Assembly: GCA_020025575.1 (NCBI GenBank)
Contig: JAHHRW010000010.1
Span: 250-64,249, forward strand
Length of the DNA: 64,000 bases
From: Oscillospiraceae bacterium
Lineage (GTDB): Bacteria > Bacillota > Clostridia > Oscillospirales > Oscillospiraceae
Direction: 5' to 3'
Shown here in pieces: positions 55,904-64,000 of this stretch. Both the position numbers and the translations under genes were made by a program. The notes under the pieces are model-generated. The model made no database searches and was not told the DNA's origin. It saw nothing but the letters and a program-made list of their open reading frames with translations. Each line of letters starts with the position of its first letter. The first letter of the stretch is position 1.

Positions 55904-56261
55904 GCACCGTTTTTCATGATGGTTATGAATTTTTTACACGCAAAATCTAATGTTTTTCCAGATTTACAGAGAGAATTTTGGAATAATACCTAAAAACGCT
56001 ACAAAACTACCGAAAAGAACGGAAAGTTTTTTGATCTTTTCCTTTGTAAATGAAAACGCAAGATTTTTACAGGCCGAAAGAATTTTTTTGCCCATTCATC
56101 AGGTACCTGCTCCGTGAAAATTTTTACCCACCCACAAATATTTTGTAAATTCAGGTAAAATCTATATAGTGTTTTCATTTTCTTCTGGAATTTTTAACGG
56201 TTTCCTGATAATATAGTGATATCTGGTTTTATTAGATCCGGTTGGAGCAAACAGGCGATAC

Positions 56262-56834
56262 ATGGTCTTGCTTGTTCCTGCGCCGGCTCACACTTTGCAG
56301 AACGGAGGACACGCATTGTTTGCACTTCAGTGTATGGATGAAAAAGTATTATTGTGGATTCAGGAACATCGTCGGCCGGTTGCGTTGAACTATGCAATGA
56401 AGTTCTTTACCTGTCTGGGAAACGGTGGGTTCATTTGGATTATAATATCCATAGCAATGCTTTTTAAGAAACCCACATATCATGCAGGCATGTGCGCCGG
56501 ACTTGCGCTGACTTTCGGAGTGCTTTTTACCAATCTGGGATTAAAACCCTTTGTTGCACGGCCTCGCCCTTATGTAACACTCAAAGCCGTAACACCCCTG
56601 TTAATCTCGCAGGACCCGAACTCCTTCCCCTCGGGCCATACCTGTGCTGCATTTTCTGCCGGAATTGCGTGGGCAGCTACCCTGCCCGGTCGATGGATGC
56701 CCGGCGCCGCCATTGTTCAGGCTGTGTGTATGGGATACTCCCGGCTGTATGTGGGCGTGCATTACCCCAGCGACGTCATTGCCGGAGCAATTGTAGGAAG
56801 TTTATGCGCGGCCCTCTCCCTTGCCATCCTGTAA
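56262..56834 (+). CDS. PAP2-family phosphatase (BcrC-like undecaprenyl-diphosphatase candidate)
   Basis: KPFVARPRP, PSGH, SRLYVGVHYPSD. The start is uncertain; the ATG at 56334 is an alternative. Confidence 0.85.
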   Translation: MVLLVPAPAHTLQNGGHALFALQCMDEKVLLWIQEHRRPVALNYAMKFFTCLGNGGFIWIIISIAMLFKKPTYHAGMCAGLALTFGVLFTNLGLKPFVARPRPYVTLKAVTPLLISQDPNSFPSGHTCAAFSAGIAWAATLPGRWMPGAAIVQAVCMGYSRLYVGVHYPSDVIAGAIVGSLCAALSLAIL

Positions 56835-56875
56835 GCCGCTGTGCATTGCCCCAGAAAATTTAAGATCATTCGGCT

Positions 56876-56909
56876 CCTGTGGCGACCTTGCGTCGTCACA
56901 GGTTTTTTT
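56876..56909 (+). terminator. Rho-independent terminator after the PAP2 gene
   Basis: cctgtggcgac / gtcgtcacagg followed by TTTTTTT. Confidence 0.8.
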
Positions 56910-57027
56910 ATTATAGATTATCCGCTCTATTTCCGTACAATTTTACCATGAGGTTCTACGCCCGGGGGAAAGAAAATACGGTGTTTGGTATTGTCTATGA
57001 GAATTTTTCTGAAAATGAAATTTTCTA

Positions 57028-57056
57028 TTGACATCCGCCTTTATCGATGATATTAT
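57028..57056 (+). promoter_or_regulatory. Sigma-A promoter candidate for adhE
   Basis: TTGACA, 17 nt, TATTAT. Two TATCGAT palindromic boxes flank the -10. Confidence 0.6.
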
Positions 57057-57109
57057 ATCGATACGTAAAGACCGATATCAATTTATATATCTGAAAGGTG
57101 ATTCTGAGA

Positions 57110-59701
57110 ATGAATAACTACCCAATTGTTACCAACCCACAGGAACTAACCGATGTTATGGCTCGCTGCCGGAAAGCCCAGGCCCAATTCGCCACCTATT
57201 CACAGGAGCAGGTCGACAAGATTTTCCTTGCTGCCGCTACCGCTGCAAACAAAGCCAGAATCCCTCTGGCAAAGCAGGCTGTAGCCGAGACCGGGATGGG
57301 TGTCGTTGAAGATAAAGTCATCAAAAACCACTACGCCGCCGAATATATCTACAACGCATATAAAAATACCAAGACCTGCGGTGTCATTGAATCTGACCCC
57401 GCATATGGCATCCAGCGCATCGCTGAGCCTATCGGCGTGATTGCTGCCGTCATTCCCACTACAAACCCCACTTCCACCGCGATTTTTAAGGCTCTGATTA
57501 GCCTGAAGACACGCAACGCCGTTATCTTCAGCCCCCACCCCAGAGCAAAGAGCTGCACCATTGCTGCTGCTAAGATTGTTCTGGACGCCGCAGTTGCTGC
57601 CGGTGCTCCCGAGGGCATCATCGCCTGGATTGACCAGCCCTCTCTGGAACTGACCAACCAGGTTATGAAGGAGTCTGACCTGATTCTGGCTACCGGCGGT
57701 CCCGGCATGGTTCAGGCTGCATATTCTTCCGGAAAGCCCGCACTGGGTGTCGGCCCCGGCAATGTGCCTGCCATTATCGATGACAGCGCAGATATTCTGC
57801 TGGCTGTTTCCTCTGTGATACACTCCAAGACCTTTGACAACGGCATGATCTGCGCATCCGAGCAGAGCGTTGTGGTTCTGGACAGCATTTACGATCAGGT
57901 AAAGGCCGAGTTCCAGAAACGCGGCTGCTATATTCTGAATGCAGAAGAGACGCAAAAGGTCGGCTCCACCGTTATTATCAACGGTAATGTGAATGCCAAG
58001 ATTGTTGGCCAGAGCGCACACACCATTGCTGCTTTGTCAGGCGTTGACGTCCCCGAAAACACCAAGATTCTCATTGGCGAAGTGACCAGCACGGATATCT
58101 CTGAACCTTTCGCCCACGAAAAGCTGTCCCCCGTTCTTGCCATGTATCGTGCCAGCGACTTTGAGGATGCCCTGAACAAGGCAGATACCCTAGTCAAGGA
58201 CGGCGGCTATGGACACACCGCCTCCATCTATCTGGATACCGTAAGTGAAAGAGAAAAATTGGATGCCTTTGCTGCGCGCATGAAGACCTGCCGAATTCTG
58301 GTGAACACCCCCTCTGCTCAGGGCGGTATCGGTGATCTGTACAACTTCCGTCTGTCCCCCTCTCTGACTCTGGGCTGCGGCAGCTGGGGCGGCAACTCCG
58401 TTTCCGAAAATGTCGGTGTCAAGCACCTGCTCAATATCAAGACTGTGGCTGAGAGGAGAGAAAACATGCTCTGGTTCCGTGCGCCTGAAAAGGTTTATTT
58501 CAAGAAGGGCTGCCTGCCTGTTGCACTCGATGAGCTGAAGCACTACAAAAAGGCTTTCATCGTCACCGATACGTTCCTGTATCAGAACGGCTACACCAAG
58601 CCTGTTACCGACAAGCTGGATGCCATGGGCATTCTGCACCAGACCTTCCACGCTGTTGAGCCTGATCCCACCTTGGCTTGTGCAAAGGCCGGTGCTGCTC
58701 AGATGAACGGTTTCCAACCCGATCTGATCATTGCCATCGGCGGTGGTTCTGCCATGGACGCTGCCAAGATCATGTGGGTTCTGTACGAGCATCCCGAGGC
58801 TGATTTCATGGATATGGCCATGCGCTTTGTGGATATCCGCAAGAGAGTCTATACCTTCCCCAAGATGGGTGAAAAGGCATACTTTGTCGCTGTTCCCACC
58901 ACCGCCGGCACTGGCTCCGAAGTCACGCCTTTCGCTGTGATTACCGACGAGCAGAGCGGTGTCAAGTATCCGCTGGCCGACTATGAGCTGCTGCCCAAGA
59001 TGGCCATTGTGGATGCTGATATGATGATGAACGCGCCCAAGGGGCTGACCGCCGCTTCCGGTATCGATGCTGTCACCCATGCGCTGGAAGCCTATGCATC
59101 CATGCTCGCTACTGGCTACACCGATGGTCTGGCACTGCAGAGTTTGAAGCTGATCTTCAACAACCTGCCTTCCGCTTACGAAAACGGTGCCAAGGACCCC
59201 AAAGCCCGTGAAAACATGGCCACCGGCGCCTGCATGGCCGGTATGGCATTTGCAAATGCATTTTTAGGTGTCTGCCACTCCATGGCTCATAAGCTGGGTT
59301 CCTTCCATCATCTGCCCCACGGCGTTGCAAACGCACTGATGATCGACGAAGTCCTGCGCTTTAACGCAGAGGAAGTTCCCCCCAAGATGGGTACCTTCTC
59401 CCAGTATGACCATCCCCATACGCTGGCCCGTTACGCTGAGATTGCCGACTATCTGGGGCTGGGTGGCGAGACCGACCAGCAGAAACTGGATCATTTGATT
59501 GCAGCTCTGGACGAACTGAAGGCCAAAGTGGGCATCAAGAAGACCATCAAGGAATACGGTATTGACGAAGAAGATTTCCTGAACCGTCTGGACGATATGG
59601 TGGAGCAGGCATTCGACGACCAGTGCACCGGTGCAAACCCCAGATACCCGCTGATGAGCGAAATTAAGCAGATGTATCTGAACGCTTACTACGGCGTGTA
59701 A
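57110..59701 (+). CDS. adhE: Bifunctional acetaldehyde-CoA / alcohol dehydrogenase
   Basis: N-terminal ALDH domain (catalytic Cys in GMICASEQS) plus a C-terminal Fe-ADH domain (GGGSAMDAAK, His cluster). AAAGGTGA RBS. Confidence 0.95.
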   Translation: MNNYPIVTNPQELTDVMARCRKAQAQFATYSQEQVDKIFLAAATAANKARIPLAKQAVAETGMGVVEDKVIKNHYAAEYIYNAYKNTKTCGVIESDPAYGIQRIAEPIGVIAAVIPTTNPTSTAIFKALISLKTRNAVIFSPHPRAKSCTIAAAKIVLDAAVAAGAPEGIIAWIDQPSLELTNQVMKESDLILATGGPGMVQAAYSSGKPALGVGPGNVPAIIDDSADILLAVSSVIHSKTFDNGMICASEQSVVVLDSIYDQVKAEFQKRGCYILNAEETQKVGSTVIINGNVNAKIVGQSAHTIAALSGVDVPENTKILIGEVTSTDISEPFAHEKLSPVLAMYRASDFEDALNKADTLVKDGGYGHTASIYLDTVSEREKLDAFAARMKTCRILVNTPSAQGGIGDLYNFRLSPSLTLGCGSWGGNSVSENVGVKHLLNIKTVAERRENMLWFRAPEKVYFKKGCLPVALDELKHYKKAFIVTDTFLYQNGYTKPVTDKLDAMGILHQTFHAVEPDPTLACAKAGAAQMNGFQPDLIIAIGGGSAMDAAKIMWVLYEHPEADFMDMAMRFVDIRKRVYTFPKMGEKAYFVAVPTTAGTGSEVTPFAVITDEQSGVKYPLADYELLPKMAIVDADMMMNAPKGLTAASGIDAVTHALEAYASMLATGYTDGLALQSLKLIFNNLPSAYENGAKDPKARENMATGACMAGMAFANAFLGVCHSMAHKLGSFHHLPHGVANALMIDEVLRFNAEEVPPKMGTFSQYDHPHTLARYAEIADYLGLGGETDQQKLDHLIAALDELKAKVGIKKTIKEYGIDEEDFLNRLDDMVEQAFDDQCTGANPRYPLMSEIKQMYLNAYYGV

Positions 59702-59804
59702 GATTTTATCCGCATAACCAATGAACACTCTGATTTCCCTCTGCGAGCCTGGTATTTCTATTGTTTTACCGAACGACACCCCTTATGTTTGAACAAAAGA
59801 CAAG

Positions 59805-59833
59805 CGGCGCCCCACTGTGGAGCGCCGTTTTTC
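59805..59833 (+). terminator. Weak terminator after adhE
   Basis: A 6-bp GC stem (cggcgc / gcgccg) followed by TTTTT. Confidence 0.45.
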
Positions 59834-59963
59834 TTTATCCATATTCATCTTGCCGATTTGACTTTTTATCACAAATCATGTATAAATGACATGGATTATC
59901 ATGCTGAATTGTTTTTTTAAGAATCCATTATAATTGAACAAAACAAATACAGAGGAGTCGTAT

Positions 59964-60971
59964 ATGGAATACAGAATTTTAGGAAAAACAGGACTAAAAA
60001 TCTCTCGACTTGGCTTTGGCGGTATCCCCATCCAGCGAATTGAATCCGCAGATACTCGCCCCCTCATGCTGCAGTTGATAGAAAACGGCGTCAATTTCAT
60101 CGATACTGCCCGTGCTTATACCGTAAGCGAATCCTATCTGGGCGAGGCACTGGAGGGCATCCGTGACCGCTTTGTACTGGCCACCAAGAGTATGTCCCGA
60201 GATAAGGAATCCATGGCTCGTGACATCCAAATCAGTCTTGGAAATCTTCGCACAGATTACATTGACCTGTATCAGGTGCATAACCCCAGTGTCCAGCAGT
60301 TTCAGCAGGTCTTGGCTCCCGGCGGCGCCCTGGAGGCCTTGCTGGAGGCTAAAGAGGCTGGAAAAATCAGACACATCGGTGTCACCGCGCACTCTAACGA
60401 GGTCTTCCAGATGGCTCTGGAACAGCCCTGGGTGGAGACCATCATGTTCCCGTACAATCTGGTGGAAACACAGGGTGAAGAGCTGATGCGCAAATGCACC
60501 CAGCAGAATGTAGGATTCATATGCATGAAACCTCTGGCAGGCGGCGCACTGGAGGATGTTTCTCTGGCGCTTCGTTTTATCGCCGCCAATCCCGATGTGA
60601 CTGTTGTGATTCCCGGCATGGCTACCGAATCTGAAATCAGCCAGAATCTGGAGGCTGTCTGCGACAACCGTCCCATCACTGCGGAAGAAAACCATAAAAT
60701 TCAGGCCATTCGCAAGGAACTGGGCACCACCTTCTGCCGTCGGTGCAACTACTGCGCTCCCTGCTCGGTTGGAATCGACATTCCATCCATGTTTATCCTG
60801 AATGGATATCTGACTCGCTATGGACTGGTAGACTGGGCGAAAAGCCGTTATTTTACCCATGCGCACACAGCCTCTGCCTGCATCGAATGTGGTGCATGTG
60901 AAGAGCGCTGTCCCTATCAGCTGCCCATTCGGGATATGCTCAAGCAGGTTGCAAAGGGTTTCGGCGGTTAA
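59964..60971 (+). CDS. Aldo/keto reductase with a C-terminal 4Fe-4S cluster-binding domain
   Basis: The LGFGGIPIQR-type N-terminus fits AKR. C-terminal CRRCNYCAPC and CIECGACEERCP motifs. AGAGGAG RBS. Confidence 0.9.
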   Translation: MEYRILGKTGLKISRLGFGGIPIQRIESADTRPLMLQLIENGVNFIDTARAYTVSESYLGEALEGIRDRFVLATKSMSRDKESMARDIQISLGNLRTDYIDLYQVHNPSVQQFQQVLAPGGALEALLEAKEAGKIRHIGVTAHSNEVFQMALEQPWVETIMFPYNLVETQGEELMRKCTQQNVGFICMKPLAGGALEDVSLALRFIAANPDVTVVIPGMATESEISQNLEAVCDNRPITAEENHKIQAIRKELGTTFCRRCNYCAPCSVGIDIPSMFILNGYLTRYGLVDWAKSRYFTHAHTASACIECGACEERCPYQLPIRDMLKQVAKGFGG

Positions 60972-60980
60972 CAACGCATG

Positions 60981-61014
60981 ACAGGCTGTCTACTGTATGA
61001 GGACAGCCTGTTTT
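60981..61014 (+). terminator. Rho-independent terminator after the AKR gene
   Basis: acaggctgtc / gacagcctgt followed by TTTT. Confidence 0.7.
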
Positions 61015-61167
61015 AACCATCAAGCATAGATTTCCCCAAAAATTAGATGATGATATTTCATAAAGACATTCTCATTCCGGTGTTTTCGGGAAGAACATGG
61101 GAAAATGCCAAGATATCTCATGACTGTATTGAACCGTGAAACCGGAATCCATGCAGGAGGTACTACT

Positions 61168-62355
61168 ATGATTGTGCGAAAAACCACCCCAGCGGAAAGC
61201 CAGAGAGTCAACGAAGTGTTTGCCATCGCATTTGAACAGCCAATGGAAAATGGGCCGGCAGACCCTAAAAATGAGCATATTCACCACTGGGCAGCATTTG
61301 AAGAGGAAACTACCCGAATAATGAGTGCCCTCACGGTATCTAACCACATGGTTCACTTCGATGGGCATTGCTGCAAGCTTGGAGGAATCGGCGGTGTTTC
61401 AACGCTGCCTGAATACCGCCGCAAGGGCGGAATCCGAGGATGTTTTAACAAGGTACTGCCGTATCTGTACGAAAATGGATACGATTTTTCCTATCTTTAT
61501 CCTTTTTCCACAGGCTATTACAGAAAATTCGGGTATGAATCCTGCGTGCAGAAATACCATGTCACGCTGGATCTGGCTCTGCTAAATCCCCCTAAGATGC
61601 AAGGCAGTTATCATCTGTCGGAAACGCCCCACACGATGAGCGACGCCATTTGTGCCATCGACCGAATCTGGGAAAGCCGCTATAATATGATGGTTATGCA
61701 CAGCGACAACTACTACGACCGATACAGCAAGGCAAATCCTGCCGCCACGCAGGAATTTACCTATGTCTATTTTGACCCCCAGCGGCAGCCCAAGGCCTAT
61801 GTGACCTTCCGCAAAGCCGACGAGCCGGACGGCCGTAACATCATTTGCAGCAATTTCTATTTTCTGGACAAAGAAGGGTTTGCAGGACTCCTAAATCTAC
61901 TGAAAAGCCTGTCATCCGACCACAGATTTGTCAAGTTCACCCTTCCCGCCGAAACCGCCATGCAGTATCTCCTGCCGGAATGGTCTATGGGTGCGGCTCA
62001 GTGGAACATTCTACCTGCCGGAATGGTGCGGGTGATATCCGTCAAACAGGTTCTTGAAAAAGCCAAATATCTTGGCAGCGGCGTGATTCATCTGGGAATT
62101 CAGGACGCCCAAATCCCCGAAAACAACGCTGTTTTTACCGTTACATTTTCCGATGGTCAAGCCTCTTCCGTTGTGACCAGCCAAAACTCCCCGGATGTGC
62201 TCATGGATATTTCCACATTCTCTGCACTGATCTGCGGTGTTTGCAATTTTGGCGATGCCGCGCAGTGGTTTAACGGACTGCAAGTCATCCATCCGGACGC
62301 CTGCTTTGACCGGGTTTTCTACCACAAAAAGCTGATGATTGTGGATTCCTTCTGA
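61168..62355 (+). CDS. Eis-like GNAT N-acetyltransferase (about 395 aa, GNAT plus C-terminal sterol-carrier-like domain)
   Basis: YRRKGGIRG acetyl-CoA loop and an Eis-like length. AGGAGG RBS precedes the ATG at 61168. Confidence 0.75.
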   Translation: MIVRKTTPAESQRVNEVFAIAFEQPMENGPADPKNEHIHHWAAFEEETTRIMSALTVSNHMVHFDGHCCKLGGIGGVSTLPEYRRKGGIRGCFNKVLPYLYENGYDFSYLYPFSTGYYRKFGYESCVQKYHVTLDLALLNPPKMQGSYHLSETPHTMSDAICAIDRIWESRYNMMVMHSDNYYDRYSKANPAATQEFTYVYFDPQRQPKAYVTFRKADEPDGRNIICSNFYFLDKEGFAGLLNLLKSLSSDHRFVKFTLPAETAMQYLLPEWSMGAAQWNILPAGMVRVISVKQVLEKAKYLGSGVIHLGIQDAQIPENNAVFTVTFSDGQASSVVTSQNSPDVLMDISTFSALICGVCNFGDAAQWFNGLQVIHPDACFDRVFYHKKLMIVDSF

Positions 62356-62437
62356 TCTATTCGGGAAGATTTTGGCAATCTTGGTTCATTTTCCTTACAT
62401 TCTGCTATCAAATTTCAAAGAAACGAGTATCAACACC

Positions 62438-62956
62438 ATGAATCACACGCAAACCATCCGGGCAGGCTCTGCCGCTGATCGGGAACGAGCCGATACACTA
62501 TACGCTCTTGCCAAGATGAGCCTAAAATCCGCCGGAATCGACCAGTGGCAGGGAATTTATCCCAACGGTGACGATTTCATGCTGGATGTGAGGGAAAACC
62601 GGGCAATTGTCATGGAGCAAGACGGTGTTGTATGTGGCATTGCCGCCGCATACATTGGTCACGAACCGACTTATGATCGGATATTGGACGGTCAATGGCT
62701 CACAGATTACCAAGTTTACGGAATTATCCACAGAATCGCTGTGGACCCCTGTGCAAGGAATGCAGGCATAGCCAGTTCCATTGTGGCATATTTACAGGGA
62801 CTATGCCGAAAGGACAGTATCCGCTCTATGCGGTGTGACACGCACCCAGATAACAAAATCATGCAGCACACGCTGGAAAAGAACGGCTATCAAAAATGCG
62901 GCATCATTATTGTGGAAGACGGAACCGAGCGATTTGCATACGAAAAGATTCTATAA
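62438..62956 (+). CDS. GNAT-family N-acetyltransferase
   Basis: IAVDPCARNAGIASSIV motif A; about 172 aa. Confidence 0.8.
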   Translation: MNHTQTIRAGSAADRERADTLYALAKMSLKSAGIDQWQGIYPNGDDFMLDVRENRAIVMEQDGVVCGIAAAYIGHEPTYDRILDGQWLTDYQVYGIIHRIAVDPCARNAGIASSIVAYLQGLCRKDSIRSMRCDTHPDNKIMQHTLEKNGYQKCGIIIVEDGTERFAYEKIL

Positions 62957-62990
62957 CCCCTTCTCCGGATTGCCAAATCCCATAGGGGCA

Positions 62991-63028
62991 AACCGGGGGC
63001 GCAGCTCATACTGCGCCCCCGGTTTTTT
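62991..63028. terminator. Bidirectional Rho-independent terminator
   Basis: A 14-bp GC-rich stem (aaccgggggcgcag / ctgcgcccccggtt) followed by TTTTTT. Confidence 0.85.
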
Positions 63029-63248
63029 ACTTTTCCTTGCATTTTACCCCGTAATTTCCACGACTTCCGTTTTCATAGCCTCTGTATATCTCGTATTCCT
63101 TTCCGTTGATTTCCACCTGGTCGTCTCCGGTAAACGTGTAGGTATCTCCATTTTTCTCACAATATTTAGAAATTGCATCCATGGCTTTTGTTTGGCTCGG
63201 GTATTGTGAACCATCCTCATATGGAACCCAAAATGATTTTTTAAACAT
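63027..63248 (-). CDS. Small hypothetical protein (73 aa)
   Basis: The ATG at 63248 lies about 8 nt after GAGGGGG. The gene sits downstream of the MerR-like gene. I recognise no family. Confidence 0.45.
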   Translation of the reverse strand: MFKKSFWVPYEDGSQYPSQTKAMDAISKYCEKNGDTYTFTGDDQVEINGKEYEIYRGYENGSRGNYGVKCKEK

Positions 63249-63276
63249 ACGAAAGGCCCCCTCATATGATGTGCCG

Positions 63277-64000
63277 TCATTTGCCCCGGTAGTTATAGGT
63301 AAACAGTAAGAAACGGAACACACTGATAATGGCGAGAATCGGAACACTGATGAACAGCACCCAACCTTCCACCGTAGTGAACATGGCCTTCCCACCGCCC
63401 ATTTCGGTTACAAAACCGAGGTTCAGTAGAATGATGGGAACAAGAATCCAGCAGTAATGGAACATTTTTAGAATTCGCTTTTCCCATTTGGGCAGATCTG
63501 GCTCAAACTTCTCCGGATGTTTTGCGGTGCAGCGAATGGTGGCCATCGGCACAGAACAGGCGCGGGTATAGAACCGTTCTGCGGAATATTCGATTCCATC
63601 GATGGTAAATTCCGGATACATGCCTTCCTTTGTAATGACCATATCCAAATCATACTGGTTTGCATATTGGAACAGCGCCATTGTAAATTCTGCCGGTGTG
63701 GTCACCGCCTCATCCAGGATAAAGGTAAAGGTTTTTTTATGTTGCGCCTTTGCCACCTTCTGATAGTCATGGGTCCACTGTTTAAATAGATTGCCGCGAT
63801 TTTCCGGTGCATCCATTCGACTGAGTACCGCATCAATGTCGGTAATCTGTTCGTTGGACAGGCCACCCAGTTCCCGGCAAAACCGGATGGCTGTCTCCAG
63901 CGCTTGGGCCTTCTGCTTTAGCCGTAACTCTTGTTCGGCAGCAGCCTGGTGGATCTCTATTTCACCTGCAATGATATTTCGGATCTGCTCTAGAGGCATA
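63277..64000 (-). CDS. MerR-like regulator C-terminal part with two C-terminal TM helices; the N-terminus is outside the window
   Basis: The ORF is open at the window end. It has PLEQIRNIIAGE plus a coiled coil typical of the MerR dimerisation helix. Hydrophobic stretches are HYCWILVPIILLNLGFV and WVLFISVPILAIISVFRFLLF. Confidence 0.55.
   Translation of the reverse strand, partial: MPLEQIRNIIAGEIEIHQAAAEQELRLKQKAQALETAIRFCRELGGLSNEQITDIDAVLSRMDAPENRGNLFKQWTHDYQKVAKAQHKKTFTFILDEAVTTPAEFTMALFQYANQYDLDMVITKEGMYPEFTIDGIEYSAERFYTRACSVPMATIRCTAKHPEKFEPDLPKWEKRILKMFHYCWILVPIILLNLGFVTEMGGGKAMFTTVEGWVLFISVPILAIISVFRFLLFTYNYRGK

Noticed and set aside
59994-60974. 326-aa minus-strand ORF. Similar antisense ORFs lie at 52047-53150, 58190-59080, 57200-58021, 25715-26668, 38228-39061 and 50668-51312.
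   Set aside because: All sit opposite genes with unambiguous family motifs (AKR, FtsX, AdhE, SBP, M23, ABC ATPase). They are long only because the real frame's codon bias suppresses stops on the reverse strand.

Overview
This is a 64-kb chromosomal segment that looks like it comes from a Gram-positive anaerobe of the Clostridia. That assignment is an inference from gene content: sortase pili, an SLH protein, DegV, AdhE and a THF riboswitch. I ran no database search or program; every family name comes from motifs I could read in the translations. About 47 ORFs look like real genes. I saw no rRNA, tRNA, CRISPR array, transposase or integrase.

Layout:
- 1-5.0 kb: an AT-rich accessory patch. It holds a frameshifted PrrC/RloC-like ABC-ATPase fused to a LexA-type S24 autopeptidase, then a 2.8-kb cassette bracketed by 70-bp direct repeats. 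The cassette carries a zinc-ribbon protein, a 2-TM protein and a GntR remnant.
- 5.05-21.3 kb: a sortase-pilus island on the minus strand. Gene order is coiled-coil protein, signal peptidase I, 1700-aa LPETG adhesin, major pilin, class C sortase, minor pilin, second sortase. It is flanked by a SARP/BTAD regulator whose C-terminus is a degenerate GGDEF domain with an intact RxxD site, and by a diguanylate cyclase and an EAL phosphodiesterase.
- 21.5-24 kb: an AT-rich trio of MFS transporter, Zn-phospholipase-C-like protein and SMR.
- 24.3-31 kb: an SLH protein and a sugar-type ABC importer with an embedded cytoplasmic NPP phosphodiesterase.
- 31.6-37.4 kb: an ABC exporter, YfhO and a FUSC-like protein.
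- 37.9-42.9 kb: an M23 peptidase, an ECF sigma/anti-sigma pair, DUF3267 and DegV.
- 43.4-48.7 kb: a second sugar ABC importer plus a lipoprotein.
- 48.9-54.1 kb: a Bce-like two-component system with an ABC/FtsX module and a clear operator array.
- 54.2-64 kb: folC behind a THF riboswitch, then PAP2, adhE, an aldo-keto reductase, two GNAT genes, a small protein and a partial MerR-like gene.

The two best candidates for something undescribed are the ATPase/nuclease-S24 fusion at the window start and the possible c-di-GMP-sensing SARP-GGDEF regulator coupled to the pilus operon. Both are hypotheses.
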